Position numbers and translations under genes: made by a program. 64,000 nt of DNA from Azolla caroliniana (Eukaryota; Plantae; Polypodiophyta): NCBI GenBank assembly GCA_043228905.1, contig JBHGNT010000003.1, positions 10,974,001 through 11,038,000 of the forward strand, written 5' to 3'. Below the pieces are notes generated by a model. That model saw only the letters and a list, made by a program, of their open reading frames with translations, made no database searches and was not told the origin of the DNA. This document shows positions 39,267-50,686 of this stretch, piece after piece; the first letter of the stretch is position 1, and every line of letters begins with the position of its first letter.

Positions 39267-41849
39267 GAAGGTCTCATCATAGTCGATTCCGTGGGTCTAT
39301 GTGTATCCCTTCGCCACTAACCGGGCCTTGTACTGGTTAACCGAATCGTCAGCATTGTACTTTACCTTGTACACCCATTTGCAACCGATCAGTTTACAGT
39401 GTCGGGGAGGGTCAACGAGGTCCCATGTGTCATTGGCATGGAGTGCCCACATCTCTTCCTCCATAGTGGCACGCCAATTTGCATCCTTTGCCGCTTCTGT
39501 GTAGCTCTCCAGCTCACGCACTTCCGCCACTTTGATCATGTACCCATAGTGATGCGCCATGTACTCATTGTACCTGTACCCCGTAACGGGGTTCTTCTGG
39601 TGGGAAGACCAGTGTAACTTGTCATCACCCGGTTTGGGGCCCTTCTTGGCCGGTTCGGACTTCATTCTCGAACATCTGCTTTTATCCTTTCCGGAGTAGG
39701 ATTCGCTCCGATCCGATTCAATATTGCCGGTTTCATATTTCGACATCTTCTTCTTCCCCTTCTCTTTGTGCGTGAACCGTCCGTCTCCTCGGTTCCTTGC
39801 GCAGGGAGAGGATGATAGAGTCTCCACTACTCGTCGGTTCCTCATCCGACTGGTCACTTTGACCCAATCGCTCGTTTGGTCGGCTAAACCGAAACAATTC
39901 CAGACTCTCTTCTAGAGTCTCAAGCTTGTCATCTTCTATCTGGGCCGGTTCAGGGTCACTGACCTCATCCTCCGGGATTGGGTCGGAGTCGGAAGTCGGA
40001 GTCGGTAGAGAGTACCATGATGCCGTCTCGTCGAACTCAACATCTTGGCTTACTCGGACCTATTTCGTCCGGGGGTTATAGCAGTTATACCCTGTTTGCT
40101 CATGCGAGTAACCGACCAAGATGCACTTGTCCTACTTCCGATCAAGATTCCTCCGCTTCTCATCTGGTACATGCACATATGCTATGCTGCCAAATATCCG
40201 AAGGTTTCTCAAATTCAGCTTGCGCCCGAAATACAACTCGTGTGCTGACACCTTGTCTCCGATCCGGTTTTGGATGTAGACGGCTGTCCGGACCGCCTCA
40301 GCCCAGTAGAATTGGGGCATGCTTTTCTCCTCTAGCATTGCCCTTGTTGGGTCAACAATCGACCGGTTCTTCCTTTCGGCCACACCGTTTTGCTCCGGTG
40401 TGTATCTGTAGCTGAATTCTCTCTGAATTTCGTTCTGTTGCAGATAACTGTTGAATTGGCCAGAAAAGTATTCTTTTCCGCCATCCGACCGCAACCACTT
40501 GATCTTCCTCCCCGTTTCACGTTCAACGAAGATTTGAAGGTTTCGGACACATTCGAAGACTTCGCTCTTCCTCTCAATGAGGTAGATCCATGTGTGCCGG
40601 CTATAGTCGTCGATGAAGGAGATGAAATACCGACTCCCGCCAAGACTAATGTTTTGTGTCGGTCCCCATACATCCGAATGGATTAAATCGAGCTTGTTAT
40701 GGCTCCGGTTTCGTTCGGTGGGGAATGGATGCCGGTGTTGCTTCCCAAGTTGGCAGTCTTCACAAATTTTGGCCTTCCGGTCGCTAAATTTCGACAAACA
40801 GAAAACAACTTGTTTCAATTGCAGGTCTTGAAGCCTCCAGTAGTTGACGTATCCGATCCGCTTATGCCAGAGATCAATGTCCAATTCAATATTCTGCCCT
40901 TTGGCAAACATGGCGGTGCCGACGTCATTAGTGTTGAGGATGAACATCCTCCCTTCTCTGCGCCCTTGTGTGATTATCTGGCCTTCTTCCTCGATGAAGC
41001 AACTGAGGTGCGTAAACCACACCTGCATCCCCTGGTCGACGATTTGTCCAACTGACACCAGGTTCTTTGTGATAGTTGTAACATGTAATACGTTCATCAG
41101 CTTCCCCCTTTGTCCGACATGGCTCAAAGGGACTTCTCCGACATGCACAATCGGGCGAGGGGTGTCGTCTCCGGTTTCGACAATCCCCGGTTGTTCCAGC
41201 TTCTCCAAAAAAGAGAACCACTCTTCATGACTCGTCATGTGGTTGGACGCTCCGGAATCAACATACCAGACTTCCTCTGATCCGGCAGTAGTCTTCTTCA
41301 TCGAGTGAGCCTTGTGCTTCATCACGAAGGCTAGCCCTTTACCGGTCTTCCCAGTTCTGGATCCTTCTGATCGTTCTGCGTAGTTCGAGCTTTGCCGGTT
41401 TTCCTGACTGGTTTTGCCGGATCCAGATTTGTCCGAATCGGTGCGGTTCTTCTAGCACTTGCTTTCCCTATGACCCTTTTTGCCACAGTACCAGCATTCT
41501 GTATCGTCTTTTCTTTGCCGGCTTTCGGCGCCGCTTTGACTCCCCCTGCTTGTGGAGAGTTCGAAATGACTGTTGGCACTACCTCTGTGCCTTCAGTCCT
41601 GCTCTTGCCGGCCGCCTCCATTGCATGCCGACCCACCTCGTCCTCCACGTCCACAGGGCCGATCTGACTCCATGTACAACATCTGACTATCCGATTCAGT
41701 GGTCCTCAACCCACTCACGTGGTTTTCTTCGACCATCAACATTCATTGTAAGTCGAAGAAGGACGGTGGCTTCTCCCGAGTGCAGATCGTTGTTCGGATT
41801 GGCCCGTACCTTTGCGGTAGACCATCGAGGTAGATTTGGACCATCTCGT

Positions 41850-42692
41850 TGTCATGCCTTTTGGCTCCGGATCGTTGCGTGAGTTGGGTGGGAACCATTG
41901 GGGTTTTGGACTAGGAGGAAATAAATTCTAAAGCAATTAAGAATGTGAAATATATTGTAAGAAAGAAAGATATGAAAAACTCGTGAATCCCATGAGTATA
42001 GTGTATTAGTGAGTACTCAAATTAAGAGAGAAAAATAGTTAGCAAATTCGTGGATCCCATGATTATATTATATTAATCAACCCTTGTAAAATAATCAACA
42101 ACCTCTATACATCTTTCTCTCTTCCTTATATAGTGTTGGAAGAGTCTAAGTTTATCACATGCAAGCATCATGCTTTTCCTATCTTTAGTTTTCATGCACA
42201 GTGCATGTGCATGATTAGCTTTCTATCTCATCTTTTCTTTTAACTCGAGTGTCTATGCATGAATAACTTTTTGTACCATGCATGTCTAGAAATTTTACAT
42301 GGGATAAAGTTTAGTATAACTTTAAAATTCATAATACGCTAGTATAATGATAAGGCTTAACATTATTAACATGGAGGTGCAAGGTTCGAATCTTGCCCTA
42401 TGCATGTAATATATAATTTTATACTTTCTTCTATTTACAAATATGTCTCTTCATCTGGTGAGAGACTCTCGCCGACCTTCTTCATCCGGCTCTTGCCGGT
42501 TCTGCTTCATCCGGTTCTCGCCGGTTCTCTTTATCCGGTTCTTACCGGATCCTCCTTACCGGCCCTCTTCGTCCGTTTCTCACCGACTCTCACCGGCCTT
42601 CTTCATACGGCTCTTGCCGGGTCTCCTCCATATCCTATCCGGAGAAACAAAAAATGTAATTTTTCACGTAGTGTGCGAATTACACTACGACA
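41850..42692 (-). mobile_element. Solo LTR (type D) of the tRNA-Trp-primed gypsy family, inserted in Copia-A2 gag
   Basis: TGTC...GACA ends and 4-bp TSD tcgt. Removing it restores gag MDEDEMVQIYL. Homologous to 57546-58389. Confidence 0.9.
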
Positions 42693-44255
42693 TCGTCTTC
42701 GTCCATTGTAATGTTGATGGACCCGAGTACGTCACAAATCTCCTTTATCTTGGTGGTGTAGTTTGTAACCGACATGTCTCTTTGCCGGATGTTGTTCAGC
42801 TCTTGCCGAAGTTGCAACTTACGGGTTGTGGTACTCACGGTGAAGATCTTCTTCAGATTTCCCCAGGCCTCCTTCGGCGTTTTTACATCCTTTATGTAGC
42901 CAAGCATCTGGTCGTGCACACAGGATGCGAGGAAGTACAATACTCGACTCCCTCCTTGCTCCCCTATTGGGAAGTCATTGTGTGCCGGCTCCGGCGCTAC
43001 CTCGTTCGTTCGTTCCACGAAGCTCCAATATCCATACCCAGCAGGTACTAGTGCATTTTATATGACCAGGACGCGTAGTTGCTTCGGTCGAGCTTCTCTG
43101 TGGGAAGTGAACTCACCATACCTTTGTCCATATCTTCTCTTTGTCTATTGTTATCGGGTTCTAGGGTTCGTCTTCAAAAGCAAGTGTGAATATTAACGTG
43201 CAGAAGCATTAGACAGAACTGGCTTAGCCGGATGGCAACAGAAAATAAGATGAAGGTTTAATGGAGAAGCTTAACATACAGAGAGTATACACAAGAGAGA
43301 CAGAGAGAGTAGAATGCAAACGTTGATTCAAAATAACTCTAAAACTCTATGCATACAATGTGCTATAACAACACTATTTATACAAGGTCCATAAAGGAGT
43401 GACAGAAGTACTGACAGGTACTTCAATATTCCTACGTGCGATTGACACTAGCTACGAGACAATGATTACCTAGTAGTCTAGGCTACTACTAGGCTTCTGG
43501 TTCCTGCTCGAATTCGGCTCTCCGATCCGGCCGGTTGTTTCCGGATACCGATCAGGCTGATCCTTCCGGATGCCGATTCGGCTCAGGCTTATTCAGTTGA
43601 TCCGGATCCGGTTGAGCTTGCTCGCTCAACACATCCGCTGGTTGGCCCTGCTTCTTCGGCTTTATTGTTGGCACTAGTGGTGCGAGGAGGCTGAGCCATT
43701 GGGCCACCGTTGTCCATACTTTTTTTCCATCCACTACGGATTGGATGGCCACTCTCAGAGAATCGGCGATGATTGCGGGGGGTCGGGGTGCATGAACCAT
43801 ACTCGTGGAGCACACGAGCCACTTCTCGGAACAAGGCGTCATCACCGCCCTCTGTCCTGTATGCTCTACTGGCAAGGGAGTACTCGCCGAAGAACTACAT
43901 CAACGTCTCTGGGGAAGGATTCTCAATAGAGTAGATCCCTCCCTCCGGCAATCAGATTAAGGCACGGATAGCCTCCTCTGTTATTTCCTCTAGGTTGATC
44001 TTTTTTGCGACCTTTTCCGGTTTGTCGTGGGGAGGTGCTTTTCCTATTCGAAGAAAACTCTCCAATCCATGTTTTGTAAACCATTTCTTCGCAGTCTCGG
44101 AGAGCGCAATGGGCTCCAATGTGGCGTCTGCTTCGGTGGTGGTGGTAAGCTTTGGGGTGCCTGCGGTAGATTCTTGCGTTCACCTGATCACCTGTATCCG
44201 CTTCTGTGTGCTAAGTGCTCTATGTTCGCGAAATGAGAGAGACTCTATAACGTCG

Positions 44256-47020
44256 TGTCGTGAAGAAAACCAGCCCTAAGAGGAATCAAAGAATTAAAGG
44301 CGTGAACCCGCCCTTGCACGAGTGTGCGCGAATTGATACATTGTACATAACTAGGAATAGGATGGCTGATGTAAACATACTAGGTATTAGATATTTGCTA
44401 ATTAGGAAATCAATGTGTATCTCTGTCTGAAGGGATAGAGAATAAGGTTAGCGTGTTTGATGTAACGGCCTCCTCGGAGACCTATAAAAGGGAAGGGGAA
44501 TAGAAGAAGGGTATCACGTTTTGGGGAGAGAGAGGACGAGGTGCTGTCAGACTGGGAGCTGAGCTCTCTCGTCCTCTACAAGGTTGCAACCGTTGTAATT
44601 ATCACTGTTATTGTAATAGAATTTCTTGTTTTCTGCTACCTGTGCTATCTGTGTTATCTATGTTCAGAGAGCCTCTTCACCCATCTCTCTTGAGTATGCT
44701 CCTTGATTGAGTCGTTATACATGTTGGTGGTTCAATCAGCCGGCAAGCGTTGCCGGTTGCTGATAGGTCTAGCAAACCTCACACTGTCCCACTTCTCACA
44801 CCCTCTTCTCTCTCTTGCTCCTCGGTTCAAGGCCCTCGTGGTCCCGCCTTCTTCTACACGCACGCGCGTAATATCGCGACATCTTTGGTGAACCCGACGT
44901 GAAGAAGGCGGCAGAGGAGTGAAGATGAGGGAATCGGAGCTCGCCGAAGCCATGGCAACAACAGTCGATCGAATAGTAAATGCTCGCGAGGGCACGGGCG
45001 CCCTCGACAGGACCATTGAAGCAATTGTCAGCACGATAGGCCGATTCGGTCGGAAGGATGCCACGAGCTATTTGGTAGCCTACCGAGCCGAGATGGTGAT
45101 GAGAGACATTCCGAAGGATAGGCGTCTAACCGGGCATCCACGTAAAGGTGCTCGAGGTACATGCTGGATGCCGGACCTGGGGAGAATTTGAAGCACGGCT
45201 TCTCGAGAGGTACGGGCTTGATGACGCGCTTCGGTTATCGAAGCGGGACTTCATGGAGTGGGTGGAAACCCCCGGGAGGGGGAGGAATGCATTGGTGCTC
45301 CTCCGGGAGTTCGAAGAATGCTTCACACGGCTCTCAATGCTCGACAGGACCGTGCTGTACACGAGTCATGTCATGTTGTTTGTAAAATCGGTGGATGTGC
45401 GGGATAGGGGCCAGGTGGGTCTCCTGCTAGAGACAGATGATGGGCTGACGACCGACTGGGCCGTGGTCAAAGGGGTCTGCAACCGCTTCCACAAACGGCG
45501 AGACTTGGGCGATGAGAAGTCGTTGATGACGGGACCCACCCCGACAAGAAAGTTCGACGAGCCTTTGCCGGCACGAAGGGAGGAAACCCGGGATTGGATT
45601 GAAACTGGCCCAACGTCGACCGGAGCAGTCAAGGGCCCATCCAGGGGAGCGGCTCTTGAGGAGTTGACACAAATGGTGCGCGACCTGCAGATCGCGTAGG
45701 CTCGGAGAGACAGTAGAGGGCAACCACGCCACTAAAGGCCACCGGCTAGACAAGAGTGTATGTGGTGCGACGGGGTCGGGCACAACCGGCGAGACTATGT
45801 GGAGTTTGCTGAAGCCCTCAGGGGTAATGTGGTGTTCCTATGGAACAGATGGGTGGACACTGGTGATACTCGGAGAGAGGTGGAGACGAATTTTGGGCGT
45901 GGCGGGATGAAGCGGCTAATGGAAGAAGCGGAGGCGTGCCATGTGGAGGTTGTCCATTATTCAGCATCGGTCGGGATCCAGGTGGGAGGTGACGAAGACC
46001 GGAAAACGAAGAACTCTGGCTTCTGACCCTCAGTGCTAGAAGGCATCTCTGGCGCACGACTAGAGAGGGAGGAAGCGATTCGCGCAGAGTGGTGGGTCCG
46101 GGAGGTCACTGGGTGGGACGATCCGGTTGAGGAGAAGATCGGTCTCGTGGAAGTGGCGTGCCAAAACTATGAGGTTCTGGGGAAGGCAGGAGGTCCCGGG
46201 CCCTCACAATGGTACGAGACTCGGCTTGGGCAGAAGCAAAACGGTGCCGGTAACCTCGACGCACCGAATAGAACGAAGCAGACTGGCTAAGCACCGAGAT
46301 TGAAAGGACGACAGACTTGCAGAAGGTTCCAAAAGAACGGATCCTCGACAGCAAGGTCGAGCTATCTTTGCGGGAAGTGCTTGGGATCGCGAAGAAGGAA
46401 TTCCACGATTCCATCGTGGACTTAGTGAAGCGGAAACGGCTCTCTACAGAACCGGAACCGGAGAAGCCGGTCGAGGTGCGGACGACGCACCTGGAGGATG
46501 CAACCCTAGAAGACGAGTTGGCGGATAGCCACTACTCGAGGTTACATTGGGCCAGGGCCACCGCAGAAACCCCTGTCCGGATCGGGGACGTGCAGGAGCC
46601 GGTGGTTGCATTCATAGACCATGGTTCGGAGATAAACCTGATGTCCATGGACTTCTACAGGAAAAGGAAGTGGCCAATCAACACCAAGCACGGGTGGAAG
46701 ATACGCGCGGCGACGTGCGCAACGGAGGAGTTGCATGGTGCGTGCCCGAATGTACGCATAAAGATTGGCGACGTCAAGATAGATCAACACTTCTTTGTGC
46801 AGGAGACATCCTCGCACCTGGTGATACTCGGCGAGCCGTACATTCCGGCGACACATAAAGAGCCAAGATGGACGACACTCTGTCCAATTCCTTACCGTGC
46901 GACCGAACCATGAGCGGAACCGGGAAACCCTCGGCAACAGCGAACGAGGGGGTTTTAGAGAGGGCTATCAAGGCGTGGGGCTGCGATAGTCCGGACACCC
47001 CGGAGGAACCCCACACCTGT
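44256..47020 (+). mobile_element. 3'-truncated tRNA-Trp-primed gypsy (LTR, PBS, gag-protease pseudogene)
   Basis: LTR 44256-44881 (tgtcg...gcgaca). PBS tggtgaacccgacgtgaa at 44886-44903. gag-PR homologous to 50687-52747 (IDHGSEINL). Confidence 0.87.
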
Positions 47021-47023
47021 ACC

Positions 47024-47547
47024 TGTTACCCGTAAGAATATACGGGGAGGCATAAGGGTATGTGTAAAGTAAATGAGTATGTGAGGATGAGTATGTATGA
47101 GCACATGCACAATTATGTGCATGTGACAAGAATGTAACAGTCATATTATTAATCGTTACACTATGTACTATATAAACCCCTAATGGGGCATGTAATGGAA
47201 TATACATTTTTCCCCTCTCATTTTGTGTCACTTTCAATTTGTCTTTCTCTCTAGCTCTCTCACTATCCTAGAATGGCTTCACCCCCCACCCCAACAACAC
47301 TTTTGGCATGGTTGAATGGCCGACCCTCCCTTGAGAGGAAGTCTATCCCTCACTCGCCCTCTCCAACACAAATGTCTCTCTCCATCTTTGTGTGTTCGTT
47401 TGTGTCTGTGTCAGAGAGTATCGTCGTTTGTCTGTGTAATCTCTATGTTGAGAGCCTTCTTGTGTTCTCCTTTCTCTACCTTGTTCAGAGGAACCTATTC
47501 AGTCCTCATGCAAATTCATTCATAAGCACACCACAGGGAATGTTACA
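47024..47547 (+). mobile_element. Putative LTR of an unidentified family
   Basis: tgttac...gttaca ends, ctatataaacccc TATA, followed by a degenerate gtgtatca. No partner LTR or TSD found. Confidence 0.35.
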
Positions 47548-49170
47548 GTGTATCATCCATGATGTTGCCTGCTCCTCCTCGGCCAAACCTTACATGAGAC
47601 GCAAGTATGATGGTGAATATTGTGAAAGTGTTTTTAGAATTCAAGGTATTGAAGTCTACAAGAATATAAGGTATGGTGCGTTCACATCTGGAGGGCAAGA
47701 TCACGAGCTAAGGTCTTGAGGATAAGTCAAACAAAAAGCAAGACACGTGGAGAAAAGTAAAAGAAGAAAAAAACGGGCACCAAAACGTAGTTTGCAACGA
47801 ACGCTCATAACTCAATCATTTGGAAGGAAAATATAATGTGAAAATATGGGTTGGAAAGCTTGTGAAGGTAGCTATCCATAGCTTTTTAAATATCTAAAGT
47901 TAGAGCTTGGAAGAGGGAGATATGACGATTTGAAGATCGTTGTGTCATAGATAAGAATAGGACTCGATGAAAACTCTAAAAAAAGCATAAAAAAGAAAGC
48001 AAGGGAAGCTTATCCAGTGGAAGAGAACTTTATATAAAGGAAGAAGAATAAGGTGGTGTGAAGGAGTCTCTTTGTTGTGATTTTTTTCCAATTCATGTAG
48101 TGTTGTTTGAATTCCTATCAATAGATATTTGTAGTTGTATCTTCTTTCTATTTTCTTTATTTCATGATCAATAGATCTTTGTAGTTTTAGATTTATATAT
48201 CTTCTTTATCTTTTCTTTCTATCATCACTCCTTCAAATATGATCGGGAGAGGCTGGGCCTTTGTCCTTTCCTCTTCCTTTTCCCTTGTTGCTGCTACTCT
48301 CTTGGAGAGCCCAAGTGCAGCGACTTGTCAGCAGACAAGTTTGGCATCTACAAGAAACCCTCAGATGCTAGCTCACTACGCGTTATCTGGGCATGAACTT
48401 CTTCTTGATGGAAACTTCCCCGTTTGCACGGATGATTCTTCCTCTACTTTTTTCCTTTTCCTGATCTTCTCTTTCTCCATCTCCATCTCTTCTCGATCTC
48501 CGCTGCAAGAGCCTAGTTTTGTTGAGGGAAGTAGGAAGAAAGTGCAACAATAGTAGAAAGATGGGAGAAGAAGATGGTGAGAGTAAGAAACAGAGATGAG
48601 GAGGCAGGGATCGAGGAAGAAAACGGAGACGTCTCCCAACGCTCATAATCAGGTAGAGGATGGTCTTGATCTTCTTCATAGCACGCGGGCACACTTTGAG
48701 AATGAAGTCATATACTCAGTGAGCTACCTTCTGGTGAGATCCCCTTTGCGAAGCACAAAGAGGCGGCCTCAGTCCAGCGACCATAGTTGTTGCCACCGGG
48801 GGAATGCTTGCTGCACTCATATGCCTATTGGGGAGGCAGACAGAATGGAATATAATCATGGGAGTGATAACGCAGCTGCATCCCTTTCCTGCAGATCATC
48901 AGGCTCAATCTTATATATGTATGATCCTGTTGACGCCTCATCCACGGTGTCTCACGAGTGTTGTAGCATCTGCCAAGAAGAAGTCCAAGAAGAAGTCCAA
49001 GAAGACGTCGTCTTCATCCCTAGAGATTTGGACGGCAATCTTCTAAGGGATGCTACAGCCATCAACAACAAGGACATGATCAGCCTAGCCCTATCACAAG
49101 GTCCTTTGCAGACAATTTGTTGAGCTTATCCAACCTGAAAACTGGATCTGGCTCAAACAACCTTGTACAG

Positions 49171-49607
49171 AAGAGCGAAAAGCTCAAGGTCAACAAAGCC
49201 ATCGAGAAAGGGAACATGGATGGAGATCGGATCTATGCCGAGAATGCGATTCGTATGAGAAACAAGCAGTTGAATTATCACGCCTCGATGCAATGATATC
49301 TCGCCTCCATACACAGAGCAATATGCAAACCATAAACTAATCCATGGATTAGTTTGAACATATGTTTGTCAATATGGAGGTCAAGGCTGAGTTTGTTGAG
49401 CTGGCCATGGTTGGAAGCACATCTCTTTCTAACCCTGAAGATCAAGTTAACTGTCTTATGAAACAAGTTGTGGATGATTATGGCCTTGAGGTTTCTGTTG
49501 GTCTTCCTCAACCTGCCGCTGCGTCTCATGTTGTAGCAGAAGAAGATAACGTTTCTGTTATTGAAGATGATCTGAGTCAGCGCCTTCCAGAGTGGAAGAG
49601 TCGGTGA
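49171..49607 (+). pseudogene. CHMP1: CHMP1/VPS46 (ESCRT-III) gene fragment with stops and two internal deletions
   Basis: [27 protein letters not shown]...SRLDA...[10 protein letters not shown]...GSTSLS...[14 protein letters not shown]...EDDLSQRL matches plant CHMP1 as I recall it. Confidence 0.88.
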
Positions 49608-50686
49608 AGGAAAATTCACACACTCATACACAGGGTTTGTACGTCTCTAGACCTTCTATCGTTGCCGCCGCCGCCATTGCCACTACCGCCGCAATCATTT
49701 CCATCTCCACGAGTGCCGCTGCCGCCATCATTGCTGATGCCGCCGCACCATCATTGCCGCCACTGCCGCAATCATTACCGCCTCCACAGTGCCATCATCG
49801 CAGCCACACCGCCACCATCGCCGTCACCGTCGTGATCGTTGTTTCACTAGATCACGCAAGCCGGCAACACGCGAACAAACGAGGAATCCATCCCGACACC
49901 AATTCTGGATACTGCCAAACAAGAGGAACCTCATGTCATGTCACCAGAAATTACCACTACGGTGAACAGCACGGAACGGCGAGCGAAGTTCCCCGCAATA
50001 CCAGACAACGAAACCACCGACCAAGAGGAACCCCATCCACCGGCGCTGTCGTGACGATTTTTTGCTACTGTGTGAAACCGAGTGAGACGAATAAACCAAG
50101 GATGTGCAACATTGCACATGCACTTAGCAAATAAACCTAGCCTAGTGGCACTTGAGTTCATACACAGGGGTGCAAGCAAGATTTGAACCTTGCACCTCTA
50201 AGATACAAGATGATTGCCTTACCATTAGGACAACTATCATATAGTGTAGATTCTATGTATTTCCTTTTCATATACAAATTATAGACGAAACAACCATAGA
50301 AAACCATGTGCACAAAACCATGGTTTGTGCATGACATAAGCAAAACCGTGTGCACAAAACCATGGTTTTAGCCCATGGTTTTGTGCATGTCACGAGCATG
50401 GAAAGACCTATAAAAGCCTCTAGTTGGGCTTGTGTAAGGGGGGCTCAATATGTGATATCACCAACACCATTATCATCAATATAATTGTCTTTATCTTCTT
50501 CATTATTTTCTACTTCTCAAGTGTACAAGCTTTCTTCTTCTCAAGTGAACAAATTCCGTCTAATCTTACATTGATCGTCATCTCTTCGATAATTCCGCGA
50601 ACGTCCTCCCCAGTCCAAGACCCCGGTGGTCGCTCGAGTAGCACACGCACGCGCGAATCTTCGCGACATCAGTTGGTGAACCCGAC

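Larger units (their letters stand above)
23796..43631 (-). mobile_element. Ty1/copia element 'Copia-A2', diverged relative of A1, hosting three nested insertions
   Basis: 5' LTR 43185-43631. 3' LTR 23796-30365, split by Gypsy-B. PPT gcttgagggggag at ~30366-30378. TSD catct/catcc. gag/PR/INT/RT/RH homologous to A1 (e.g. ORF 40132-41325). Confidence 0.9.
21590..44200 (-). pseudogene. Degenerate accessory ORF of the Tat-like element (coiled-coil C-terminus), split by Copia-A2 into 43632-~44200 and ~21590-23795
   Basis: ORFs 43552-43875, 22866-23318 and 22173-22769. The frame continues across the TSD as ...GQPAD|ATPNKPSKW. No gag or pol motifs. Confidence 0.6.

Noticed and set aside
2313-43631. 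The two copia+gypsy nests as one segmental duplication
   Set aside because: The TSDs, relative orientation, host LTRs and other nested insertions all differ.
47600-48240. Additional LTR fragment
   Set aside because: The composition is LTR-like, but no termini, partner or TSD could be defined.
48596-49123. 175-aa ORF as a host RING or hAT protein
   Set aside because: Only CSIC is present, with no complete motif. I cannot assign it.
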